A stretch of DNA of 64,000 bases from Hyphomicrobiales bacterium (GTDB lineage Bacteria > Pseudomonadota > Alphaproteobacteria > Rhizobiales > Rhizobiaceae), in contig NVSG01000001.1 in assembly GCA_002401155.1 (NCBI GenBank), positions 905,052-969,051 of the forward strand. Reading direction: 5' to 3'. A program made the position numbers and the translations under genes. This document shows positions 48,377 to 56,724 of this stretch, piece by piece. The notes below the pieces were generated by a model. That model saw only the letters and a list, made by a program, of their open reading frames with translations, searched no databases and was not told the origin of the DNA. Positions within the stretch are counted from its first letter, which is position 1; every line of letters begins with the position of its first letter.

Positions 48377-49633
48377 CTAGATTACTAAGCTTGCTACCAG
48401 ATCATTATCGGTAATGTCCTGAAAACCAAGACCACCTTCATCAAATTTTTGTTTCAACGCATCAAAATTCTTGGCGTCTGTGGTTTCAATACCAATCAGA
48501 ACCGAACCAAAATTTCGAGCCGATTTTTTCAGATATTCAAACCGTGCAATATCATCATTGGGCCCAAGCATCAAAAGAAAGTCTTTCAAGGCACCCGGCC
48601 TTTGCGGCAGTTTCAAAATAAAATATTTCTTCAGCCCGGAGAATTTAAGCGCCCGCTCTTTCACTTCCGGCAGGCGTTCGAAATCAAAATTACCACCAGA
48701 GGTAACACAGCAAATTGTCTTGCCTGCGATCTGCTCTTTCGGCAAACGCTTCAAGGCATCTACCGACAAAGCCCCGGCAGGTTCAAGCACCACGCCCTCA
48801 ATATTCAACATCTCAATCATAGTCGCACAAACCCCATTGGTCGGCGCGAGCACCACCTGATCGGCATCAAAACTTTTCAAATAATCAAAATTCGTTGCCC
48901 CGATTTCAGCAACGGCGGCCCCATCGACAAAATTATCAATGCCATGAAGTTTGATCCGCTCGCCAGCCTTCAAACTGTTTTGCAAGCTCGGCGCATTGTC
49001 CGGTTCGACAAAACAAAATTTCGTATCAGGCGACTGGCTTTTCATATATCGGGTAACGCCTGCCGCGAGACCGCCACCACCAACCGGCAGGATCATCAAA
49101 TCGATTTTCACCCCATCCGGCAATTGCTCAAGCAGCTCTTTTGCAATGGTCGCTTGCCCTAAAATAATGCGTTCATCGTCAAATGGCGGCACCATGATGC
49201 CACCCTTTTCCTTGCAATATTTACGCGCAGCATCATTGGCTTCATCAAAACTATCGCCAATCAAAATGATTTCTACAAAAGGTTCACCAAACGATTTGGT
49301 TTTCATGATTTTTTGCTGCGGCGTTGTCACCGGCATAAAAATCACACCATGTTTTTTATAGTTGCGGCAGGCGTGCGAAAACCCTTGCGCATGATTACCA
49401 GCGGATGCGCAAACAAAATTCTCAGCCGAAGCATCCTGCTTCAAAATCTCGTTGAAAAACGTATAGGCTCCGCGAATTTTATAGCTGCGAACGGGCGACA
49501 AATCTTCGCGTTTCAGCCAGATATCAGCACCATGCAAGTCACTGAGATATTGATTATATTGTAACGGCGTCGGTTCCAGCACTGCCTTTAAATCCGCGTG
49601 CACTCTTGCCGTTTCGCTAACAAAATCTGCCAT
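48377..49633 (-). CDS. ilvA: threonine ammonia-lyase (short form, one regulatory domain)
   Basis: PLP Lys motif PVRSYKIRGAY, Gly loop PVGGGGLAAG, and an ACT-like C-terminal domain. I place the start at ATG 49633; the ORF-track TTG start is 49654. Confidence 0.9.
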   Translation of the reverse strand: MADFVSETARVHADLKAVLEPTPLQYNQYLSDLHGADIWLKREDLSPVRSYKIRGAYTFFNEILKQDASAENFVCASAGNHAQGFSHACRNYKKHGVIFMPVTTPQQKIMKTKSFGEPFVEIILIGDSFDEANDAARKYCKEKGGIMVPPFDDERIILGQATIAKELLEQLPDGVKIDLMILPVGGGGLAAGVTRYMKSQSPDTKFCFVEPDNAPSLQNSLKAGERIKLHGIDNFVDGAAVAEIGATNFDYLKSFDADQVVLAPTNGVCATMIEMLNIEGVVLEPAGALSVDALKRLPKEQIAGKTICCVTSGGNFDFERLPEVKERALKFSGLKKYFILKLPQRPGALKDFLLMLGPNDDIARFEYLKKSARNFGSVLIGIETTDAKNFDALKQKFDEGGLGFQDITDNDLVASLVI

Positions 49634-49747
49634 CGTGTTGTTCGCCCTAAACAATCATTCGGGAATCATCAAAATTCGCTTCACACATCCTTATCACAGC
49701 GATAGGGTTTGCCATAGAAATTGAAGTAGCATGCCGGAGGAAAATAC

Positions 49748-51370
49748 ATGCACGGTTTGATGATGGAACAGCAATTGCTGATTTCGGGAATAATTGATCA
49801 CGCAGCGAACTATCACAACGATAGCGAAGTGATTTCAGTCAATACCAATGGCGGCCAGACCCGCACGAATTACGGCGAAATCCGCGAACGGGCATTGCAA
49901 CTGGGTTCAGCTTTGTTGAAGCAGGGCATGAACAAATCGGATCGCATCGCCACCATCGCCTGGAACAATCATCGCCATATGGAATTATATTATGCAATTC
50001 CCGGCATGGGCCTTGTTAGCCACACGCTTAATCCGCGTCTGTTCCCCGAGCAGTTGATCTACATCATGAACCATGCCGAGGATCGCATTCTGTTTTTCGA
50101 CCAGACATTTATTCCTCTGGTCGATGCCGTGCGCGGAAACCTGAAATCAGTAGAAAAATACATCCTGATGGAAGCCCGCGACGAAGAAATCGCCAAGGCC
50201 AATCCATGGCTCGGTTTTTACGAGGAGTTCCGTGAAACCGGCGACAAGGATGCAAGCTGGGTCGATGATCTGGACGAGCGCGATGCTTCAAGCCTGTGCT
50301 ACACTTCCGGCACCACAGGCAATCCGAAGGGCGCTCTTTATTCCCATCGCTCAACCCTGATCCATGCCATTGTCAGCGCCACACCTGACGTAATGAACAT
50401 ATCCGCACGTGACAGCATTTTGCCGGTCGTACCGATGTTCCACGTCAACGCATGGGGCATTGCCTATGCAGCGCCACTGGTAGGCGCAAAGCTGGTATTA
50501 CCCGGCCCCGGCCTCGACGGCAAAAGTTTGGTAGCTTTGTTGAACGATGAGCACGTTACATTCAGCGCTGGCGTACCGACCATCTGGTCTGGCCTGATAC
50601 AGGAATTGAGAGATACCAATACCAAATTGCCCCACATGGAGCGCACGGTAATTGGTGGTTCGGCCTGCCCACCGTCAATGATCGATACTTTCCGTGACGA
50701 TTTTGATGTGGAAGTCATCCACGCTTGGGGCATGACGGAACTAAGCCCGCTCGGTTCAGTCAATAATTTGAAAAACAAACACCTCACTCTGTCTCAAGAC
50801 GAACAAAATGCCATGCGGGTAAATCAGGGACGGCCACCCTACGGCATTGAACTGGGCGTATTTGATGAAGACGCCAAACAATTACCCAATGATGGCGTCG
50901 CGCAGGGCGATCTTTATTGCCGCGGCCCATGGGTAATCTCGGAATATTTCGGCGGCGAAGGCGGTGATCCGCTGGTCGATGGCTGGTTCCCCACCGGCGA
51001 TGTGGCAACCATTGATGAAGATGGCAACATGACCATCCGCGACCGCTCAAAGGATATCATCAAATCCGGCGGAGAATGGATTTCCTCCGTCGAGCTTGAG
51101 GGCCTCGCCATGGCGCACCCGGATATCGCAGACGCCGCAGTGATTGCAGCACGCCATGCTAAATGGGAAGAGCGCCCCTTGTTGATCGTGGTTCCGAAGG
51201 AAGGCAAAATAGTTTCCACCGAAGACATGCAAAAGTTCTACGAGGGCAAAGTTGCCAAATGGTGGATACCCGATGCTGTGCAGCTAACCGACGAAATACC
51301 ACGCAACGCCACAGGAAAAATCCTCAAAACCAAGCTGCGAGAATCCTTTGGCGACGTCTTATTGTCATAA
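49748..51370 (+). CDS. AMP-dependent acyl-CoA synthetase (fatty-acid--CoA ligase)
   Basis: Motifs YTSGTTGNPKGALYSHRS, GWFPTGDVA, DRSKDIIKSGGEWISS, NATGKILK. Confidence 0.9.
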   Translation: MHGLMMEQQLLISGIIDHAANYHNDSEVISVNTNGGQTRTNYGEIRERALQLGSALLKQGMNKSDRIATIAWNNHRHMELYYAIPGMGLVSHTLNPRLFPEQLIYIMNHAEDRILFFDQTFIPLVDAVRGNLKSVEKYILMEARDEEIAKANPWLGFYEEFRETGDKDASWVDDLDERDASSLCYTSGTTGNPKGALYSHRSTLIHAIVSATPDVMNISARDSILPVVPMFHVNAWGIAYAAPLVGAKLVLPGPGLDGKSLVALLNDEHVTFSAGVPTIWSGLIQELRDTNTKLPHMERTVIGGSACPPSMIDTFRDDFDVEVIHAWGMTELSPLGSVNNLKNKHLTLSQDEQNAMRVNQGRPPYGIELGVFDEDAKQLPNDGVAQGDLYCRGPWVISEYFGGEGGDPLVDGWFPTGDVATIDEDGNMTIRDRSKDIIKSGGEWISSVELEGLAMAHPDIADAAVIAARHAKWEERPLLIVVPKEGKIVSTEDMQKFYEGKVAKWWIPDAVQLTDEIPRNATGKILKTKLRESFGDVLLS

Positions 51371-51389
51371 AGACTAATGGCTTGGCCAA

Positions 51390-51507
51390 GGTGGCGAAAA
51401 GCCACCCGGCGCTAGCTGCGCCGCCCATGCGGAGGGCCCGAGTGAAACGAGGATACGCCCGTGAGAACAAAAAAACATATCGTTTCCGTCACAGACGAAC
51501 ACGATAT
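51390..51507 (+). repeat. intergenic repeat element, copy B
   Basis: The first 80 nt differ from copy A at 3 positions. The terminal hairpin is ATATCGTTTCCGTC-ACA-GACGAACACGATAT. It begins 20 nt after the acyl-CoA synthetase stop. Confidence 0.8.
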
Positions 51508-51607
51508 GGAACTCTAAACCTTTACTCCCTTCGCCCCTTGTACTAAAGCAAGATCACTCCATCTTACGTAATGGTAAGAATCAACGAATTAATCAGAGGA
51601 AACACTC

Positions 51608-51904
51608 ATGACCATTGAAGCAGCAGCAGAATCCATCCGTTCCAAAGTTGGCGACTCCAGCGGCCTTGGTGCCACCGTCAAATTCGATTGCGGCGATGAT
51701 GGTTCTGTTTTCGTAGATGGCGTATCCACACCAAACACGGTTACCACCGATGGCGGCGATGCCGATTGCACCGTGTCCCTCGATCTTGAAACCCTAAATG
51801 AACTGATCTCCGGCGATCTGGATGCAACAGCAGCCTTCATGCAGGGCAAGATCAAAGTAGATGGCGACATGAGCGTTGCCATGAAGCTAAGTTCGATTCT
51901 CTAG
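51608..51904 (+). CDS. SCP2 sterol/lipid-binding domain protein
   Basis: 98 aa with ATVKFDCGDDG...LDLETLNELISGDLDATAAFMQGKIKVDGDMSVAMKL. Confidence 0.8.
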   Translation: MTIEAAAESIRSKVGDSSGLGATVKFDCGDDGSVFVDGVSTPNTVTTDGGDADCTVSLDLETLNELISGDLDATAAFMQGKIKVDGDMSVAMKLSSIL

Positions 51905-51932
51905 AGCGTTCACGTTTTAACGAGAACGCGAA

Positions 51933-51955
51933 GGTGGCGAAGATACGCCGTGAGT
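51933..51955 (+). repeat. internally deleted copy C of the intergenic repeat
   Basis: GGTGGCGAAG is joined directly to ATACGCC-GTGAG, so about 60 central nt are missing. An 8-bp hairpin CACGAATA-CTT-TATTCGTG follows. Confidence 0.55.
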
Positions 51956-52025
51956 GCAAATTGTCTCATCTCACGAATACTTTATTCGTGATCAATTATT
52001 TGTATAAACCGACAAATTTAATCAT

Positions 52026-52052
52026 ACCCGGAGCAGCGCTTCGGGTGTTTTT
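52026..52052 (+). terminator. rho-independent terminator upstream of the RiPP cluster
   Basis: ACCCGGAGC-AGC-GCTTCGGGT, 9 bp including one G-U pair, followed by GTTTTTA. Confidence 0.55.
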
Positions 52053-52187
52053 ATGTGCAACTTCAAATAGATAGAGAGAACGCCCAAACCAACAACCGAC
52101 TTCACGAAAGCGTTAATTGCTAGTCATCGGCGAGTTTGGTCAAAGTGAACCACCCACTCTGGGAAATCATATTTGGAGAATTAATCA

Positions 52188-52451
52188 ATGAAACATACCG
52201 GAAAATCAGGCGCAACGCTTGCAGCAGCAGCATTTGCATTGGCTATCACTGGTTCAGCAATGACCATTTCTACACCATCATTTGCAGCTGACAACGTTCA
52301 GTGCTTCGGCGTAAACTCATGCAAAGGCCAGAGCGCTTGCAAAACCGCTAAATCTTCTTGCAAAGGCTTGAACAGCTGCAAAGGTCAGGGCTTCCTTGAA
52401 ATGACCAAAGATGATTGCTCCGCAAAAGGCGGCACACTAACTCAGGGTTAA
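52188..52451 (+). CDS. bufA: secreted 6-Cys RiPP precursor peptide (bufferin / DUF2282-related)
   Basis: 87 aa. A Sec signal ends SFA-AD. The mature 54 aa are ADNVQCFGVNSCKGQSACKTAKSSCKGLNSCKGQGFLEMTKDDCSAKGGTLTQG. GGAG lies 9 nt upstream. The gene sits immediately upstream of the DUF692 and DUF2063 genes. Confidence 0.8.
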   Translation: MKHTGKSGATLAAAAFALAITGSAMTISTPSFAADNVQCFGVNSCKGQSACKTAKSSCKGLNSCKGQGFLEMTKDDCSAKGGTLTQG

Positions 52452-52483
52452 TTCTCCTAAGAGTACAAATTTGACGAATGACG

Positions 52484-52513
52484 ACTCGCCCGGGCAAACT
52501 CGGGCGAGTTTTT
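52484..52513 (+). terminator. intrinsic terminator/attenuator between the precursor and modification genes
   Basis: ACTCGCCCG-GGCAAACT-CGGGCGAGT, a perfect 9-bp stem, followed by TTTTT, 33 nt after the bufA stop. Confidence 0.7.
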
Positions 52514-52568
52514 GCTTTCAGCACCACACTGTTTTATACAATCTCCATGTTTAGCAGGAAATCAAACC

Positions 52569-53426
52569 ATGATTGATAAGCCTCCCTTCCTTGGATTCGG
52601 ACTTGGGCTGAGACCTCAGCATTATCCCGAAATTCTTGATGCAGAAACAGAACTGCCCATCGACTGGTTCGAGATAATTTCCGAAAATTATATGGTCGAA
52701 GGCGGTCGCCCGCTACAAATGCTCGATCGCATCAAGGAGCGCTATCCGGTCGTCATGCACGGCGTATCCATGTCGATTGCATCCACGGCTCCGCTGAACA
52801 TGGAATATCTCGGCAGACTAAAAAAGCTCGCAGACCACGCCAATCCAAAATGGATTTCCGATCATCTGTGCTGGACCGGCGTCCACGGCGTAAACCTCCA
52901 CGATTTACTGCCCATTCCCTATACCGAGGAAGCATTGAACCACGTGGCCGGACGCATATCCCAGGTTCAGGATTTCCTTGGCCGCCGCATCGCCATCGAA
53001 AACGTCTCTTCTTATATAGAGTTCGAAGAATCCGAAATGGACGAATGGACCTTCGTTGCCGAAATCGCAAAACGTGCCGATTGCTGGCTGCTATTGGACG
53101 TCAATAACGTATTCGTCTCCGGCCAAAACCACCAGTTCGACGATGGCAATTTCATTGAACAAATCCCTGTTGAGCGCGTGGTGCAATTTCATCTCGCGGG
53201 CCACAGCGAAGGCGAAGACGTCCTCATCGACACCCACGACCAGCCGGTTTGCGACGAGGTTTTTGAACTCTACGAAAATGCACTCAAGCGCTTCGGCCCG
53301 GTCTCTACCATGATCGAACGCGACGACAACATCCCGCCACTGGCAGAATTACTGGCTGAGTTAGACCGCGCCCGCGAAATTGCATCCGGGGTTCTTTCGC
53401 CGGAACAATTGAAAACCGCCGCCTGA
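52569..53426 (+). CDS. bufB: DUF692 / MNIO family enzyme (MbnB/TglH/BufB-like RiPP Cys-modifying oxidase)
   Basis: Motifs LGFGLGLRPQHY, DWFEIISENYM, HGVSMSIAS, ISDHLCW, IENVSSYIEF, LLLDVNNVFVS, FHLAGH, IDTHD, MIERDDNIP. I place the start at ATG 52569; the ORF-track start is 52512. Confidence 0.85.
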   Translation: MIDKPPFLGFGLGLRPQHYPEILDAETELPIDWFEIISENYMVEGGRPLQMLDRIKERYPVVMHGVSMSIASTAPLNMEYLGRLKKLADHANPKWISDHLCWTGVHGVNLHDLLPIPYTEEALNHVAGRISQVQDFLGRRIAIENVSSYIEFEESEMDEWTFVAEIAKRADCWLLLDVNNVFVSGQNHQFDDGNFIEQIPVERVVQFHLAGHSEGEDVLIDTHDQPVCDEVFELYENALKRFGPVSTMIERDDNIPPLAELLAELDRAREIASGVLSPEQLKTAA

Positions 53427-54214
53427 TGGCCAAAAACCTCGCAAACCTTCAATCGCAAATGCAAAACGATATTTTAAAACGCGAGAGCCGCGTCTTAAAA
53501 CGCTTTTCCGTCCCCAAACACACCACGGCCGAAAAACGTTTCGCCGTCTATCAGGACGCCTATCAGATACGCCTCATTGAGGTGCTATCGGAAGATTATG
53601 AAAACACATGGAAATATCTGGGCGACGAACAGTTTTATAAATTGGCCGTTGAATATATAAAAGCCCACCCCTCGGACCAGACCAATATGCGCTGGTTTGG
53701 CAGACATTTTCCAGAATTTTTAACCCAATGCTCCCTCTCCAGCGATCATCCAATTCTCACAGAAATCGCGTCAATTGAAAAAGCCATCGAAGACGCGTTC
53801 GATGCAGTCGATGACCAAACAGCCACCATGGAGAATTTGGCCGCAATCCCTCCCGAGGCAATCACCGGGCTAACCTTCAAGCTTAAATCTGCCTGCCGCC
53901 TGCTCCGCCAGCAAACCAACGCCTTGGACATCTATATGGCTCTGGTAAACGAACAAACGCCCGATGCTCTGGAGAGTTTTGACCAGCCCCGCCACACCCT
54001 CGTTTGGCGCAACGATATGATGTGCCAATATCGTGCACTGGACGCAGAAGAAGGCATGTTGGTCGACCTGATGTTTGACGGCAAGGACTTTGCCCTGATG
54101 TGCGAGATGGCAGCAACCATGCGCGATGCCGATAGTGCCGCCACCAGAGTTGCAGGGCATATCACCAACTGGTTGCAAACACAGGTGATCTCAGAATTGA
54201 TCATTGCCAAATAG
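53426..54214 (+). CDS. bufC: DUF2063 protein (MNIO partner / precursor-recognition subunit, BufC-like)
   Basis: RFAVYQDAYQIRLIEVLSEDYENTWKYLGDEQFYKLAVEYIKAHPS...RWFGRHFPEFL. The start overlaps the bufB stop by 1 nt (TGATG). Confidence 0.75.
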   Translation: MAKNLANLQSQMQNDILKRESRVLKRFSVPKHTTAEKRFAVYQDAYQIRLIEVLSEDYENTWKYLGDEQFYKLAVEYIKAHPSDQTNMRWFGRHFPEFLTQCSLSSDHPILTEIASIEKAIEDAFDAVDDQTATMENLAAIPPEAITGLTFKLKSACRLLRQQTNALDIYMALVNEQTPDALESFDQPRHTLVWRNDMMCQYRALDAEEGMLVDLMFDGKDFALMCEMAATMRDADSAATRVAGHITNWLQTQVISELIIAK

Positions 54215-54260
54215 GCATCGTTCTGTAATCTCAATGGATAGTATTGAGGAGCAGAATCTA

Positions 54261-55220
54261 ATGAGTAGTCACGGATATGATGAAGGCAGACTGAACCTGC
54301 CATTTGTTGGCCACGCCACTTTTGGTAAACAACCCCCATGCCTCAACTGGGACGAGATTGAAGCAGACGTAGCAATCCTCGGCGCACCGTTTGATTTTGG
54401 CACCCAATACCGCCCCGGAGCAAGGTTCGGCCCCCGCGCCATCCGCGAAGCTTCAACACTTTTCTCCTTTGGCCATGCCGGTGCCTACGACCACGAGGAT
54501 GACGCCATCTACCTGCCGGGCAGCGTGCGCATCGTCGATATGGGCGATGCTGATATCATCCACACCAACACAGAACAAAGCCATAAAAATATAGAATTCG
54601 GCGTTCGCAAAGCACTTGCTGCCGGTGCGTTGCCCGTCGTTTTAGGCGGCGATCACTCGGTCAATATCCCCTGCATCCGTGCCTTTGACGATCAGGAACC
54701 CATCCATCTGGTGCAAATCGATGCCCACCTCGATTTCGTCGATGTGCGTCACGGCGTCACCAATGGCCATGGCAACCCCATGCGCCGCGCCGCAGAGCAA
54801 GACCACGTCACCGGCCTCTCCCAACTCGGCATCCGCAATGTTTCGTCCACAGCTAAAGATGGATACGAGGATGCACGAAAAAGAGGCTCGGATATTCTTT
54901 CTGTACGCCAATTCCGAAAACTGGGCGTCGAAGCTGTCCTTGCCCGCATACCAAGCGATGTACGTTATTATGTAACCATCGATATCGATGGCTTCGATCC
55001 TTCAATAGCCCCCGGCACAGGCACACCAAGCCATGGTGGTTTCCTCTACTACGAAGTACTGGAGCTGCTGCAAGGGCTCACCAAACAAGGTGAGATCGCT
55101 GGCATAGATTTGGTCGAGGTCGCCCCCGATTACGACCATTCCGGCATAACCGGTTTTCTTGCCGCCCAAATTCTACTCAATTTTCTGGGCTTTATTTTCC
55201 ACCAGCGTAGTCTGAAATAA
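54261..55220 (+). CDS. ureohydrolase (agmatinase/guanidino-acid hydrolase family)
   Basis: Mn-site motifs GGDHSV, DAHLDF and DIDGFDPSIAPGTGTP. GAGGAG precedes ATG 54261. The ORF-track start is 54204. Confidence 0.85.
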   Translation: MSSHGYDEGRLNLPFVGHATFGKQPPCLNWDEIEADVAILGAPFDFGTQYRPGARFGPRAIREASTLFSFGHAGAYDHEDDAIYLPGSVRIVDMGDADIIHTNTEQSHKNIEFGVRKALAAGALPVVLGGDHSVNIPCIRAFDDQEPIHLVQIDAHLDFVDVRHGVTNGHGNPMRRAAEQDHVTGLSQLGIRNVSSTAKDGYEDARKRGSDILSVRQFRKLGVEAVLARIPSDVRYYVTIDIDGFDPSIAPGTGTPSHGGFLYYEVLELLQGLTKQGEIAGIDLVEVAPDYDHSGITGFLAAQILLNFLGFIFHQRSLK

Positions 55221-55247
55221 TTCGTGCCTAGACCAAGAGACAAGCCC

Positions 55248-56498
55248 ATGCAGAAATTCAATTCGATTGATAAGCAAACCCAAATGCATCGCCTGATGCA
55301 AATAAAAAATGGCGAGAAAGCATGGTCGCCGTTTTCCGATGACGAAATGGATCGCAGACAAGATGACATGCGTGCCTATATGGCAGAAAATGACATCGAT
55401 GCGGTCATCTTCACCAGCTATCATTGTGTCAATTATTATGCCGGGTTTCTCTATTGCTCCTTTGGACGAAAATACGCCTGTATCATCGATAAAGACAATC
55501 TCACTACTCTCAGCGCCGGTATAGATGGTGGGCAGCCCGCCCGCATGACCTATGGCAACAACGTCACCTACACCGATTGGCGCCGTGATAATTTTTTCTT
55601 TGGCCTACAGGAAATTATAATTAGTTCTTCGAGAACGAGAATAATGCGCATCGGCATCGAGTTCGACCATTTGAGCATCGAATATTATAAACAGCTGGAA
55701 GCTGCTTTCCCCGAAGCAGAATTCGTCAATATAGCTAAAGCCTCCATGTGGATGCGCACGGTCAAGTCACCTGAGGAAATTCAACTCATCACCACCAGCG
55801 CCCAAATCGCAGATTATGGCGGCAGGATGTGCGTCGAGGCAATTCACGCCGGTGCCCGCGAAAATGAAGTGGCCCTTGCCGCCACCAATGCCATGGTCAA
55901 AAGGATCGCCGCCACCTTCCCCCGTGTGGAACTGATGGACACATGGACATGGTTCCAGTCCGGTATCAACACCGATGGCGCCCACAATCCGGTTACCAAC
56001 AAAAAGATAAAGTCCGGCGATATCCTCTCCCTCAATTGCTTTCCAATGATGTTTGGCTATTACACCGCCCTTGAACGCACCCTGTTTTGTGAGCATGCAA
56101 GCGACGAACATTTAAGACTGTGGGAGATCAATTGCGAAGTCCACCGCGCCGGTCTGAAACTAATACGCCCGGGAGTTAAATGCAGCGACATCGCAAAAAT
56201 GCTCAATGAGCTTTACGAATACCATGATTTATTAAAATACCGCTCTTTCGGCTACGGCCATTCCTTTGGCGTACTGAGCCATTATTATGGCCGGGAAGCC
56301 GGCGTTGAGTTGCGCGAAGACGTGGATACCATTTTAGAACCGGGCATGATTGTTTCCATGGAGCCAATGATAATGATCCCGGAAGGAATACCTGGAGCCG
56401 GAGGTTACCGCGAACACGATATTTTGGTAATCGAGGAATCAGGTGCAGAAAACATCACCAAATTCCCCTTCGGCCCGGAACATAACATTATCAAATAG
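55248..56498 (+). CDS. creatinase (creatine amidinohydrolase)
   Basis: Colinear from memory with Pseudomonas putida creatinase. Motifs: IFTSYHCVNYYAGFLYCSFGR, DGGQP, ELMDTWTWFQSGINTDGAHNPVT, GDILSLNCFPM, YYTALERTLF, HSFGVLSHYYGREAG, GAGGYREHDILV, ENITKFPFGPE. The start is either 55248 or 55284. Confidence 0.9.
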   Translation: MQKFNSIDKQTQMHRLMQIKNGEKAWSPFSDDEMDRRQDDMRAYMAENDIDAVIFTSYHCVNYYAGFLYCSFGRKYACIIDKDNLTTLSAGIDGGQPARMTYGNNVTYTDWRRDNFFFGLQEIIISSSRTRIMRIGIEFDHLSIEYYKQLEAAFPEAEFVNIAKASMWMRTVKSPEEIQLITTSAQIADYGGRMCVEAIHAGARENEVALAATNAMVKRIAATFPRVELMDTWTWFQSGINTDGAHNPVTNKKIKSGDILSLNCFPMMFGYYTALERTLFCEHASDEHLRLWEINCEVHRAGLKLIRPGVKCSDIAKMLNELYEYHDLLKYRSFGYGHSFGVLSHYYGREAGVELREDVDTILEPGMIVSMEPMIMIPEGIPGAGGYREHDILVIEESGAENITKFPFGPEHNIIK

Positions 56499-56724
56499 TC
56501 TTATCCTATGAGATTCTATCACAATCTAATCTATTGAATTCAAACATCTAACGCCACAGCGGCAGCTTAAACCACGGATATTTTCGGTTTATGACGCTAA
56601 TACGACACAATCTGCCGCTTTGGCATTGACCAATCATCATCAACAGGCTTCACTATCGTTAATTAAAGGGAGCGGGCAAAAACCAACTTTAGATTGGGTT
56701 GCCCAAAATATAGAGTGACCATGC

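Noticed and set aside
51163-51546. 127-aa ORF-track entry spanning the end of the acyl-CoA ligase gene and repeat copy B.
   Set aside because: It is out of frame with a strongly supported gene and reads through the repeat element. The Arg-rich translation is typical of a GC-rich non-coding frame.
56499-56724. Possible riboswitch (for example guanidine or other nitrogen-related) in the 226-nt leader of the ABC operon.
   Set aside because: I could not recognise conserved cores of any riboswitch class known to me. It would need an Rfam/Infernal scan.
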